Shown here: one piece after another, positions 37,089 to 46,530 of the stretch | Layout of the letters: each line of letters opens with the position of its first letter | Position numbering within the stretch: position 1 is the first letter of the stretch | Assembly: GCA_963793625.1 (NCBI GenBank) | Contig: CAWCAT010000009.1 | Location: 5,897 to 69,896, forward strand | Source: Bryobacteraceae bacterium | Lineage (GTDB): Bacteria; Acidobacteriota; Terriglobia; Bryobacterales; Bryobacteraceae | DNA length: 64,000 nt | Reading direction: 5' to 3' | Notes under the pieces: model-generated | Told to the model about the DNA's origin: nothing | The model's input: only the letters and a program-made list of their open reading frames with translations | Database searches by the model: none | Translations under genes and position numbers: made by a program

Positions 37089-38617
37089 GTGGTGTTGTCG
37101 CCCTGCTGAACGGCAGTGTGTTAGACGGAAGCGGTTCGGATACCAGGTCTGGCGGAGTCCTGCTCAATGAGGGCCGTATCACCGCGGTGGGCGCGTTTGA
37201 ATTACCAGCCGAATGCAGAGTGCTGGACTGCGCCGGACTTACTATTGCTCCTGGATTCATCGACGGCCACAGCCATTCCGATTTGCAGGCACTGGACCGG
37301 CGTATGGAAAAGGTCCTGCAGGGCGTCACTAGCGAGGTTGTCGGCAATTGCGGATTCTCTGCTTATCCATGCCCCGATGATCCGAACCTTCTGCATGCCT
37401 TCGCGAACGGCATCTTTTGCGGTGGGGAGCACTGGGGCTGGCCGGGCGCTCGCGAATATCTGGCCTCGGCACAAACTGCCACGACAAGTGTTCTATCGCT
37501 GGTTGGACATGGGAGCTTGCGGATTGCGTGTTGCGGGAATCGCATGGGCGAGCCGACTGCGTCTGAAATAGACCGCATGGAAGGGATGCTCGATGACGCT
37601 TTGTCCACGGGCGCTTGCGGCTTCTCGACTGGGCTTATGTATGCGCCAGGGTCCGGCGCTCCGGAGTGGGAACTGGATCGGCTCTGCCGTGTGGTCGCGA
37701 AGCGGGAAAAGATCTACACCACACACATGCGCGACTACTCTGGAAAGCTGCTGGATGCGGTGAACGAGCAGATTTCGCTTGCCCGCAGGAGCGGTTGCCG
37801 GCTGCAGCTCTCCCATTTTCAGGCTGTCGGGCAGCGTTTCTGGGCGCAACAGCGCCCGGCCTTGGACGCGATCGAGCAGGCGGCGGCTGAGGGGATCGAT
37901 ATCGGGTTCGATGTCTACCCGTATATTGCAGGAAGCACAGTGCTGACTCAGCTCTTGCCGCAGTGGACGTTGGAGGGCGGCACGGATGCACTCCTGAAGC
38001 GCCTTCGAGGGCTTGAGCGGGCACGGATCGCGGTCGAAACAGACACAGGGCTGGCGCAAACCTGGCAGGATATTCACATCTCCTCGGTAGCGCATGGGGC
38101 TGAAAGGCTTGTCGGCCGGAGCGTTGCAGAGCTCGCGGCTGAGCGCGCGTCCACACCTGCCGAAACCGTTCTGGATTTGTTGGTCGAACAGGATGGCGAT
38201 GTGAATATCCTCGAATTCAATCAGAGCGAGAGCAATTTGCGCGAGACATTGACGCACCCGCTCGCGAACGTGATCAGCGATGGCTTTTATGTGAAGGGCC
38301 GTCCGCATCCCCGGCTTCATGGGACTTTCCCCACTCTGCTGGGTGAGTATGTGCGCGAGCGCGGCTGGCTGACTCTGGCTGAAGCAGTGCACAAGGTTAC
38401 CGGCGCGCCGGCGGCTCGCTTCGGAATGGGTAATCGCGGAGCACTGCTTCCCGGTTATCAGGCGGACCTCGTGGTTTTCGATGCTCAGCGGATTGGCAGC
38501 CCAGCCAGTTACGCGGATCCGGAGCACTCTCCAGTTGGAATTCACGCCGTCATTCGGGGCGGCGAAATAGAATGGCTGTCCGATTACGAGGACGGCGGGG
38601 CCTTCCGCGTCCAGTGA
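37085..38617 (+). CDS. N-acyl-D-amino-acid deacylase-family amidohydrolase
   Basis: ...GRITAVG...VLDCAGLTIAPGFIDGHSHSDL...VTSEVVGNCGFS... with a typical D-aminoacylase metal-binding start and a beta-sandwich C-terminus. GTG 37085 overlaps the IclR stop; the ORF is open from 37040. Confidence 0.75.
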   Translation: MSGVVALLNGSVLDGSGSDTRSGGVLLNEGRITAVGAFELPAECRVLDCAGLTIAPGFIDGHSHSDLQALDRRMEKVLQGVTSEVVGNCGFSAYPCPDDPNLLHAFANGIFCGGEHWGWPGAREYLASAQTATTSVLSLVGHGSLRIACCGNRMGEPTASEIDRMEGMLDDALSTGACGFSTGLMYAPGSGAPEWELDRLCRVVAKREKIYTTHMRDYSGKLLDAVNEQISLARRSGCRLQLSHFQAVGQRFWAQQRPALDAIEQAAAEGIDIGFDVYPYIAGSTVLTQLLPQWTLEGGTDALLKRLRGLERARIAVETDTGLAQTWQDIHISSVAHGAERLVGRSVAELAAERASTPAETVLDLLVEQDGDVNILEFNQSESNLRETLTHPLANVISDGFYVKGRPHPRLHGTFPTLLGEYVRERGWLTLAEAVHKVTGAPAARFGMGNRGALLPGYQADLVVFDAQRIGSPASYADPEHSPVGIHAVIRGGEIEWLSDYEDGGAFRVQ

Positions 38618-38656
38618 AGCGCCACATCAGACCCCACAAAGCAATAAGATTCAGAC

Positions 38657-39892
38657 ATGTATGCTGCGCAGTCTCCCGTAGTCTCTTCGCCTAACAACCG
38701 CGTCCGGCTCGCGCTCGTCGGTCTGCGTGGTCGAGGCCGCGATCACATCAGTGGATTCGGCCGCCTCCCAGGTGTTGAAATCGCAACGCTCTGCGACGTG
38801 GATGAGACCGTGCTCGACACTCGGCTAGCCGACGTCGAGAAACTTACAGGCAAGCGCCCATCACGGGAAATCGAGTACCGGAAAGTGCTTGAGGACAAGT
38901 CGATCGATGCTGTCGTGATCGGGACCCAGAATCACTGGCATACGCTCCAGGCGATTTGGGCGTGCCAGGCAGGCAAGGACGTGCTCGTTGAGAAGCCCTG
39001 CTCGCACAATATCTTTGAATCACGCCAGATTGTCGCAGCAGCGCGTAAGTACAACCGCATCGTGCAGCATGGGACACAGACGCGCTCGTCATCCGCGGTG
39101 CGGGGAGGCATGGAGAAGCTCCGCGCGGGAGTCGTGGGTGACGTTTACATGGCGCGCGCGCTTTGTTTCAATTGGCGCGACACGATCAAACACGCGAAAG
39201 TAGAGCCCGTGCCGAAGGGCGTACATTACGACCAGTGGGTGGGTCCGGCTCCGATGAAGCCATTCACGCGGAACAGGTTTCACTACAACTGGCACTGGCA
39301 GTGGGATTACGGCAACGGCGATATCGGCAATCAGGGCGTCCATGAGATGGATGTGGCTCGCTGGGGACTGGGCGTGCGCTATCCGACAAAGGTCAGCGCG
39401 ATCGGCGGACACTTCCTGTTTGATGATGACCAGGAAACACCCAACACGCTCTGCGCCACGTTTGAATTCGACGACAAGGGTCGGAAGAAGATGCTGGTCT
39501 TCGAGGTCCGTCACTGGATGAGCAACGGCGAGGCCGGCTCGTCGGTTGGCAATATTTTCTACGGCGCTAACGGCTACATGGTGCGGCAGAAGATGGGTTA
39601 CAAAACTTTCCTGGGTAAAGAGCAGCAGCCGGGACCGACGGCCACCGCGCCCGAGGACCACTTCGCGAATTTCATCAAGGCCCTGCGCAACCGGAATCGC
39701 GCGGAACTCAATGCCGAAATCGAAGAAGGCGCTGTTACCTGCGATCTGATCCATTTGGCCAATATTTCGTACAGGCTGGGCCGGACCATTCACTTCGACC
39801 AGAAATCGATGCGCTGCAGCGGTGACGAACAGGCTAACAGCATGTTCAAACGGCAATACCGCGCTCCGTACATTGTTCCCGAAAAGGTGTGA
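38657..39892 (+). CDS. Gfo/Idh/MocA-family oxidoreductase (no signal peptide)
   Basis: VRLALVGLRGRGRDHI...KSIDAVVIGTQNHWHTLQAIWACQAGKDVLVEKPCSHN... It is a paralog of the gene at 45078-46376, with long collinear identical stretches. It lacks that copy's twin-arginine leader. Confidence 0.85.
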   Translation: MYAAQSPVVSSPNNRVRLALVGLRGRGRDHISGFGRLPGVEIATLCDVDETVLDTRLADVEKLTGKRPSREIEYRKVLEDKSIDAVVIGTQNHWHTLQAIWACQAGKDVLVEKPCSHNIFESRQIVAAARKYNRIVQHGTQTRSSSAVRGGMEKLRAGVVGDVYMARALCFNWRDTIKHAKVEPVPKGVHYDQWVGPAPMKPFTRNRFHYNWHWQWDYGNGDIGNQGVHEMDVARWGLGVRYPTKVSAIGGHFLFDDDQETPNTLCATFEFDDKGRKKMLVFEVRHWMSNGEAGSSVGNIFYGANGYMVRQKMGYKTFLGKEQQPGPTATAPEDHFANFIKALRNRNRAELNAEIEEGAVTCDLIHLANISYRLGRTIHFDQKSMRCSGDEQANSMFKRQYRAPYIVPEKV

Positions 39893-39894
39893 CC

Positions 39895-42132
39895 ATGCGT
39901 TCGAATCTCCTGACTCCAATCCTGCTACTTGCGGCTTCCAACATTTTCGCCGCGACTCCGGCTATTTTCCCGATTCCTCGTGAGAGCGACTACACTCGAG
40001 CGCCTTTCCTCGTCGATGAACGTGTCGTAATTGCTGACGCAGATCGTGATCTTGCGCGCATCGTGATGCGGGAGTTTTCAGATAAGTTCGGCCTGGCGGT
40101 GAAGCTGCAGACAGTCATTTCACCTGGAACCCGCGTCATCATCGCCGGCCCGATTTCAAACCCTTTGATTAAACGCGCTGTGGCAGAACGAAAGCTGCGC
40201 ATAACCGCGCAGGACCCCGGCCCCGAGGGCTACCTCATCGACGTGACACCGGATCGCGTGATAGTAGCTGGCAGCGACGACGCGGGCGCTTTTTACGGAC
40301 TTCAATCTTTGCGGCAATTGATGCGGCGCAACGGCAAGCAGGTGGAGATTACTGGTGCGAGCGTTCGCGACTGGCCTTACAAACCGTTCCGCGGCATCAA
40401 ACTTTACCTTCCGGGCCGCGATAGCATGCCGTACTTCAAGCGCTTCGTTTCGGATTTCATGGCGCTGAATAAATACAACCGCCTCATCGTGGAATTGAAT
40501 GCCGGCATGCGTCTGGACCGCCATCCGGAGCTGAATGCCGGCTGGCTCGATTTCGGCCGCCACATGAACGCGACGCGCCGAGACCGCCCAGACGGACCGC
40601 ACGGCGAGTCTACCGATTCCGCACATCATGACACTGCAGATGGTGGCATTCTTGAAAAGGACGAGGTCCGTGAACTGGTGCGCTTTGCGGCGGCCAATCA
40701 CATCGAAGTGATTCCGGAACTGCCGTCCTTGTCTCACAGCTATTATCTTTTGACGCGGCATCGCGAACTCGCCGAAATCCCTGATGCGGAATGGCCGGAT
40801 ACTTTCTGCCCGTTGCTGCCGGCAAGCTATGAACTGTTCTTCGACGTGCTCGATGAGTATCTCGATGTGATGAAGCCCCGCACGGTTCACGTTGGCAAAG
40901 ATGAATGGCGTATACCGTGGGGCACCTGCCCGCGCTGCCGCAATCGTGATTATCGCGATCTGTTTGTAGCCGACGTGAATAAGACGTACGAGCATTTGAA
41001 CAATCGCGGCGTGAAGATGGCGATGTGGGGCGATCATTTGATTGAGCCGTTGCGTGGCGCGGGGTTGAATCCGCGCGTCAGTCCGACCGGTTACAAGTAC
41101 GGCAGGCCGGGCGCGATCAAACCCGAACAGGCGAAAACTCTGCCCAAGGGAATTCTGATGTTCAATTGGTTCTGGGACGACGCGCTGGAAGGGCAGGGCG
41201 AGGTGAATGACGTAAGGCTTGAGGATTGGGGATTCCAGCAGGTCTATGGAAACATGACGACGAGCATCCCGAATTACAGGGCTCGCAGCGCGCGCAAGAG
41301 CGTCATCGGCGGCGCGCCTTCATCTTGGGCCGCCACGACCGAATTCAATTTCGGCAAAGATCTGCTCAACGCCTTTCTCGGATGCGCCAATATGCTCTGG
41401 TCCACCAGTTGGCAAGAGGGTGCGGATTACAACCGCACTTTGCAGGTGCGGGTCGAAGAGACTCAGCGTTTGCTTAGCGGAACCACCGCGCCGAGTGAAC
41501 TGGATCCAGTGGTGCCCTTGAAACTGCAGGCTGCCACTGCAACCGATGCGCCTCCGGGAAACGAAATGAAGACCGGAACAGTGAAATCCGGAAAACTTGT
41601 GTTTGAGGCAAGGGTGCCCGCCATAGCAGGCGTCGACGGCGACAAACCGGCGAAGTGGCCGCGCGAGGGCATCACGGTCCCGATCGGCGAAGACGTGAGC
41701 AGCGTGGTCTTCCTTCATGCGCTGACCCGGCCCGCGCAGAATTTCCAGAGCTACCACTACATCTTCAATTTCGACGACTCCGCCGATCTGCTCGGCTGGT
41801 ATGAGGTGGTATATGAGGACGGGTATATTGAGACGGTTCCGATCCGCTACCGCGTGAATATTCTGGAATGGGACCGCATGCGGCGGAATGGATCGCGGTC
41901 CTACTCGTACCGGGCGAGTGCGGTCGATCTGAGCGTGGACCCGTCGAAGCCTGTCACGTTTTATGCCTTTGAGTGGACCAATCCACGCCTGGGCAAGGTC
42001 GTGAAGGAAGTACGGCTGAAGGGTACGTCCGGATTCAAGCAAGGCGCAAAGGTTATTCCTGCGAATGGTGTGATGCTGGCCGGGGTGAGTGTCGTCAAGC
42101 GGCGCCCGGTGGATGCGGACAGGGCTCGGTAG
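39895..42132 (+). CDS. exported GH20-like (beta-N-acetylhexosaminidase-family) protein with large C-terminal extension
   Basis: Signal peptide MRSNLLTPILLLAASNIFA. A GH20b-like N-domain (...VIVAGSDDAGAFYGLQSLRQL...) is followed by the catalytic-domain pattern DWPYKPFRGIKLYL...MALNKYNRLIVELN...VHVGKDEW, a D-E pair context. Confidence 0.6.
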   Translation: MRSNLLTPILLLAASNIFAATPAIFPIPRESDYTRAPFLVDERVVIADADRDLARIVMREFSDKFGLAVKLQTVISPGTRVIIAGPISNPLIKRAVAERKLRITAQDPGPEGYLIDVTPDRVIVAGSDDAGAFYGLQSLRQLMRRNGKQVEITGASVRDWPYKPFRGIKLYLPGRDSMPYFKRFVSDFMALNKYNRLIVELNAGMRLDRHPELNAGWLDFGRHMNATRRDRPDGPHGESTDSAHHDTADGGILEKDEVRELVRFAAANHIEVIPELPSLSHSYYLLTRHRELAEIPDAEWPDTFCPLLPASYELFFDVLDEYLDVMKPRTVHVGKDEWRIPWGTCPRCRNRDYRDLFVADVNKTYEHLNNRGVKMAMWGDHLIEPLRGAGLNPRVSPTGYKYGRPGAIKPEQAKTLPKGILMFNWFWDDALEGQGEVNDVRLEDWGFQQVYGNMTTSIPNYRARSARKSVIGGAPSSWAATTEFNFGKDLLNAFLGCANMLWSTSWQEGADYNRTLQVRVEETQRLLSGTTAPSELDPVVPLKLQAATATDAPPGNEMKTGTVKSGKLVFEARVPAIAGVDGDKPAKWPREGITVPIGEDVSSVVFLHALTRPAQNFQSYHYIFNFDDSADLLGWYEVVYEDGYIETVPIRYRVNILEWDRMRRNGSRSYSYRASAVDLSVDPSKPVTFYAFEWTNPRLGKVVKEVRLKGTSGFKQGAKVIPANGVMLAGVSVVKRRPVDADRAR

Positions 42133-42351
42133 GGGCCGCTGTAGCACCCACCAAGTGGGCGAGTGCTGTCGGGGTGTAGCACGTAGCCACCCATCGCTCC
42201 TCGCTCAGGGCACTGTGAGCAGGTTCGGCGGCAAGCCAGAGAGTGCGGTTGGTTCACGGTTCGAGATCGGAATTGGGAAAGCTATCCAGTGCAGCACTCA
42301 CCTGCTCGCCGTCCCGCGAGCGATTAGCGACCGGTGGCGACTCAAGGGGAT

Positions 42352-43104
42352 TCCATAGAGCCAACAGAAACGTTCGACTGCCGGTAAGCGGATTCGATCG
42401 CCTTGCTCACGCGATCGAATGAGCCACTCGCCGTCAGGCCAATTGTCGAACTGGGCCTGGGATGCCGTCAGGTAGGTTTTGCAACAAGTGAACATGCGGC
42501 CGAAGCCGAACACCGTCATGTTGCCGTCCATTGGCCAGTACTGATCGGGTGCATCGTCGTCCTCGTGCTTTGCAACGAAGAGTACGCACTTGGAATCCGT
42601 GTTGCCGAAGTAGATCCATTCCGGACCGCGCATGTCGCCGCTCCAGGACTGCGCCAGGCTTCGCTTCATGCCATCCGAAGTAATCTGAAAACCATCTTTC
42701 AGATCGAGGCGGCCGCCGGGCGTTCCTTCGTAAAGGAACCAATACGGCTTGGCGGTGCGCAGCAGAGTCATGCGCGCGTGTGTCGCGTAAATATCCCAGC
42801 GCGTGGCCCACTTTCCGTCGCGGCCCTCTGAGACTATTGAAACCCGCACCGGACCCTTGGCTACCAGGCGGGATTCCGCTCCTTTCGCTCCGGCGTAACC
42901 GGGGTGAGCGAATTCGCCGAGATTCGGAATCCCGCGGAACTCGCCGGCCGCGCGTCCACCCGGTTTGTACCCGATCCATTCGGCGCCGGATGGGTCTGTG
43001 ATGCTGGCAAAGCCGGCGCCTTCCTTGTGAAACGAGTAAGTTGCGGATGCAGTGCGCACCCGGAAGGACAGCTGTCCTTCGTATTCGACCTCATCTACCG
43101 TCAA
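42352..43104 (-). pseudogene. conserved-looking protein of unknown function, frame break near the 3' end
   Basis: The TTG start at 43104 overlaps the upstream stop by 4 nt. The body reads ...EYEGQLSFRVRTASATYSFHKEGAGFASITDPSGAEWIGYKPGG...KPYWFLYEGTPGG...WIYFGN...DQYWPMDGNMTVFGFGR... After about 42440 a more protein-like ending lies in the +1 frame (IGLTASGSFDRVSKAIESAYRQSNVSVGSMESP*, stop at 42352-42354). Confidence 0.45.
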
Positions 43105-44606
43105 TTGCTCTTGAGCGCCGCCGGTCTTAGCTGGACCGGCGGCGTAGAAAAAAAACGCCGCGACTCCGCTACGCCGGTCTGGTTTTTCAATGCGAACACG
43201 AGCGTGGAGTCTGACTCCAATTGGAACGGCACCGCAGGATCCGAAACGCGGCCCGAAGGATCCACTTCAACCAACTTCATTCCGCCCTGAAGCGCCGGCA
43301 TCTTCACTTCGGCCAGTGCGCCGGTCTTCACTTCAATCGGAATGCGCAGTTTGAACTCTGGCTCGCTCCAGGCTGCGGGCTTCGGTGTTTCAGGCCCATA
43401 CTCGACCATCAGCACCGGACCCGGCCAGTTGACCTCCAAAGCATGATGCTCGGTCTTGGAGAACATCTCGAAGGCATTCTGCCCGGGCTTCAGCAAGCGT
43501 ACAGGCACCGGGATCGAATCGAAGCTGTAGTTATGGACGAGGCCCACGCGGTCCACCAACTTCGTTCCGTTGAAACCGATCTCATCGCCGTGCGCCGCCG
43601 ACCATGTGGAGACCACAATCTTCGCCGCTCTGGCGCGCGAAAGATTATCGCTCACTTCGAACTTGCAATCTTTTCGGCGACCTACGCGGACGGCGAACGC
43701 GGGGGGGATGTCTTTGGCCTTGTACATTCGAACGGACCGGCCACTGCGCTTCAGCTTCACCTTCACACTGGGCGTCATGTGAATGAGCCCATCTGCGTCG
43801 GTCACACGCGCCATCAGTTCAACAGGCTCGGCCTGATCCGGCACCCACGAGGTATCCCACGTCACCGCATAGGGCGGCAGTGCCGCGGAGCCGATGTGGC
43901 GGCCCAGTTGACCCCGCTGGGTGATGTAGTGCCACTGGCGGTAAACGCCGTTGCCCTCCCAGTTAAAGTCCTCGAACTTGCCGATGAACTCAACGTTTGC
44001 GATCGGTATCTCCTCTTTATGCGCTTCGGCCACGAGTCGCGGATGATCGGAGATTTCGTCGCCCTCGGCAGGAGATGTGATTTTCCCGACCTGTCCGGCT
44101 TTGACCGGATCATAATAGAGCCGCACAGTGAAGGCGTAAACCCAGTAGAAGCCCCAATCGAAGCTGTGGCACACTTGTGGGCCGGCCATGAAGCGGAACG
44201 CATTGCGGCCCTGCTTGAGGCTCTCGACCGGCACCGAAACAGTCGACCTTCCCAGAACCGTGCGATGAAAGCATTCGGGCTTGCCCGGCGTGCCTTCCGG
44301 CTGGGCGATATGGGTCCAGCTACCGTCGTTGATCCGGAATTTCTGTTCGCTAGTGCCCACATGACCGCCCCAGTATTCGACGGACACTTCGGCTTTAATG
44401 ACGTTCTTGAGGCTGGGTAGTTCGAGATTGCGATCGTCTTCGCTGCGAGCGCGCATGGCTTCGAGATTCGGCCGCTTGGAACCGAGGTCCATTTGGCCGA
44501 AGCGCATTCCGTACGTGAACTCGCGGAAAACATCGCCGGGGCCCGGCTCAGCGGCTACCGTGGCGGCCAGAACAAGGCAATATACGAGCGGTCTAAGAAT
44601 TTTCAT
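43101..44606 (-). CDS. exported protein of unknown function with an internal domain duplication
   Basis: Signal peptide MKILRPLVYCLVLAATVAA. Two related modules each contain W-x-x-H...N-G...VPV-x2-LK-x-G-x-NAF (VSVPVESLKQGRNAFRF and IPVPVRLLKPGQNAFEMF). I recognise no catalytic motif. Confidence 0.55.
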   Translation of the reverse strand: MKILRPLVYCLVLAATVAAEPGPGDVFREFTYGMRFGQMDLGSKRPNLEAMRARSEDDRNLELPSLKNVIKAEVSVEYWGGHVGTSEQKFRINDGSWTHIAQPEGTPGKPECFHRTVLGRSTVSVPVESLKQGRNAFRFMAGPQVCHSFDWGFYWVYAFTVRLYYDPVKAGQVGKITSPAEGDEISDHPRLVAEAHKEEIPIANVEFIGKFEDFNWEGNGVYRQWHYITQRGQLGRHIGSAALPPYAVTWDTSWVPDQAEPVELMARVTDADGLIHMTPSVKVKLKRSGRSVRMYKAKDIPPAFAVRVGRRKDCKFEVSDNLSRARAAKIVVSTWSAAHGDEIGFNGTKLVDRVGLVHNYSFDSIPVPVRLLKPGQNAFEMFSKTEHHALEVNWPGPVLMVEYGPETPKPAAWSEPEFKLRIPIEVKTGALAEVKMPALQGGMKLVEVDPSGRVSDPAVPFQLESDSTLVFALKNQTGVAESRRFFSTPPVQLRPAALKSN

Positions 44607-44694
44607 AGAAACTACGATCATATAGCGGGATTGCCCTGTTGCCGCCGCTGATTGCCGCTCCTATCCGATTACCGGGACGATACAATGTGGGCTT

Positions 44695-45081
44695 ATGAAG
44701 GTTGAAATCAAGCACCCCGAAAAGCGCGCACACACCGGATCGTATTCCGCCGGTGTGCTGATCGATGGATGGCTCTACGTAAGCGGCCAGGGGCCTCTGG
44801 ACATGAAAACCGGCGAGATACTGTCAGGCCCAATTGAAGACGAAACCCGGCTCACTATGGAGCACATCGGCAAAGTGCTGGCCGAGGCCGGATGCTCGTT
44901 CGACGATGTCGTGAAATGCACCTGCCATCTGGCCGATATCCAGGATTTCGGGCGCTTCGACGGGGTCTACGCCAGCTTCTTCCCAGGGGTCAAACCTGCC
45001 CGAACCACCGTTCAGTCGGTTCTCGGCGGGATCAAGGTCGAGATCGACGCCATAGCGCGCGTTCCCGACCCTGGCCGCTAA
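44695..45081 (+). CDS. ridA: RidA/YjgF-family enamine/imine deaminase
   Basis: ...YSAGVLIDGWLYVSGQGPLD...TMEHIGKVLAEAGCSFDDVVKCTCHLADIQDF...ARTTVQSVLGGIKVEIDAIA... This is the canonical RidA fold signature. Confidence 0.85.
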   Translation: MKVEIKHPEKRAHTGSYSAGVLIDGWLYVSGQGPLDMKTGEILSGPIEDETRLTMEHIGKVLAEAGCSFDDVVKCTCHLADIQDFGRFDGVYASFFPGVKPARTTVQSVLGGIKVEIDAIARVPDPGR

Positions 45082-46376
45082 ACTTTGGCCGGCACCACAA
45101 ACGGAGCCCGATAATTTCGCGTGAACATCCGAGTTGCTTCCGGATCTCCGACGCATGTGAACGTCTTCTCGTCGAATTGCAGTGTTCGACCCACCCGGTA
45201 TGAGATGTTCGCCAGATGCACCAGGGCTGTGGAGATCGCGCCTTCTTCGATTTCTGCGTTCAATTCGGAGGACTTGCGGCTGCGCACAGCATCGAGAAAG
45301 TTCGCAAAGTGATTGCCACCTCTGTTGCCGGACGGTCCGGCTTGCTGCTCCTTACCTAAGTAGGTTGCGTACTTGGCATAGCCATCCACGGTGAGATAGC
45401 CTTTCGCTCCGTAGAAAATGTTGCCGATGGTGTTCGGATTGCCCGGGTCCGCGTCGCTGTTCTGAATGCCGGCTTCGTGATTGGTCATCCAATGGCGGAC
45501 GTCGAACACCATCATTTTTCTCTTGCCGCCGTCGTTGAACTCGTAGGCGACATTCAACGTATTGGGCGTTTCCTGATCGTCGTCGAACATGAAATGACTG
45601 CCAATTGCGCTGATCCTGGTCGGATAGCGCACTCCTAAGCCCCAACGCGCGATGTCCAGTTCGTGGATGCCCTGGTTGCCCAAATCGCCGTTGCCGTAAT
45701 CCCACCACCAGTGCCACTTGTAATGGAATCGGGTCTTTGAAAACTGACGCTTCGGCGCTGGACCGAGCCACAGATCGTAATTCACGCCGGGCGGCGGCGC
45801 CTCCGCTTCGGCCTTTCCGATTGTAGGCCGCCATTTGAAGCACAATCCGCGCGCCATGTAGATGTCGCCGATCAATCCCTCGCGCATCTTCTGCATCGCA
45901 TCCTTTAGCGACGGCGACGTGCGGCTCTGGCTGCCTTGCTGCACGATGCGGTTGTACTTGCGGGCGGCGGCGACAATCTGCCGGATCTCAAACATGTTGT
46001 GCGTGCAGGGCTTCTCGACGTAGACGTCCTTGCCGGCCTGGCATGCCCAGATCGTCTGAAGTGCGTGATGATGATTGGGCGTCGCGATCGAAACCGCGTC
46101 AATCGACTTGTCTTCGAGCAGCTTGCGGAAATCGGTGAAAAGCGCGGGCTTCTTCTTGCCCTTGTCTTCCAGGTCTTTCACGCGCGCCGCCAGCACGGAC
46201 TCATCAACGTCGCACAATGCGGCGACCTCTACATCCGGCATGCCGGAGTACGTTGCCAAATGGTGGCGGCCACGCCCGCGCAAACCGACGCAAGCAACGC
46301 GAATCGTGTTACTCGGGGTTCCGAAGACCGCTTGAGAGGCCAGCGTCGAACTCAGTAGGAAGTTTCTTCGGTTCAT
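45078..46376 (-). CDS. Tat-exported Gfo/Idh/MocA-family oxidoreductase
   Basis: Twin-arginine leader MNRRNFLLSSTLASQAVFG. The body is collinear with 38657-39892 (IRVACVGLRGRGRHHL...KSIDAVSIATPNHHHALQTIWACQAGKDVYVEKPCTHN...). Confidence 0.85.
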   Translation of the reverse strand: MNRRNFLLSSTLASQAVFGTPSNTIRVACVGLRGRGRHHLATYSGMPDVEVAALCDVDESVLAARVKDLEDKGKKKPALFTDFRKLLEDKSIDAVSIATPNHHHALQTIWACQAGKDVYVEKPCTHNMFEIRQIVAAARKYNRIVQQGSQSRTSPSLKDAMQKMREGLIGDIYMARGLCFKWRPTIGKAEAEAPPPGVNYDLWLGPAPKRQFSKTRFHYKWHWWWDYGNGDLGNQGIHELDIARWGLGVRYPTRISAIGSHFMFDDDQETPNTLNVAYEFNDGGKRKMMVFDVRHWMTNHEAGIQNSDADPGNPNTIGNIFYGAKGYLTVDGYAKYATYLGKEQQAGPSGNRGGNHFANFLDAVRSRKSSELNAEIEEGAISTALVHLANISYRVGRTLQFDEKTFTCVGDPEATRMFTRNYRAPFVVPAKV

Positions 46377-46530
46377 ACTACTCCTGCACCGCTAACATAC
46401 GTTCATTGGCGGTTCCGGTCAACGCTGTGGGGCGTTTACAGGGCATACTTGTCCGATATTCTGAACGTGCAAGCTCCAAGGGCTCTCCAAGGGCCTTGTC
46501 CGGTGGGACTGTGTCTGTACAATCGTGATC

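Noticed and set aside
42133-42300. Repeated tgtagcac motifs and an imperfect hairpin after the GH20-like gene, considered as a small RNA or REP-like element.
   Set aside because: There are only two short copies with poor stem complementarity. This is consistent with an ordinary intergenic or terminator region between convergent genes.
43221-44420. 399-aa plus-strand ORF antisense to the exported duplicated-module protein.
   Set aside because: The minus-strand frame has a signal peptide, an internal domain duplication and a translationally coupled downstream gene. The plus-strand frame is His/Arg-rich with no structure-like pattern.
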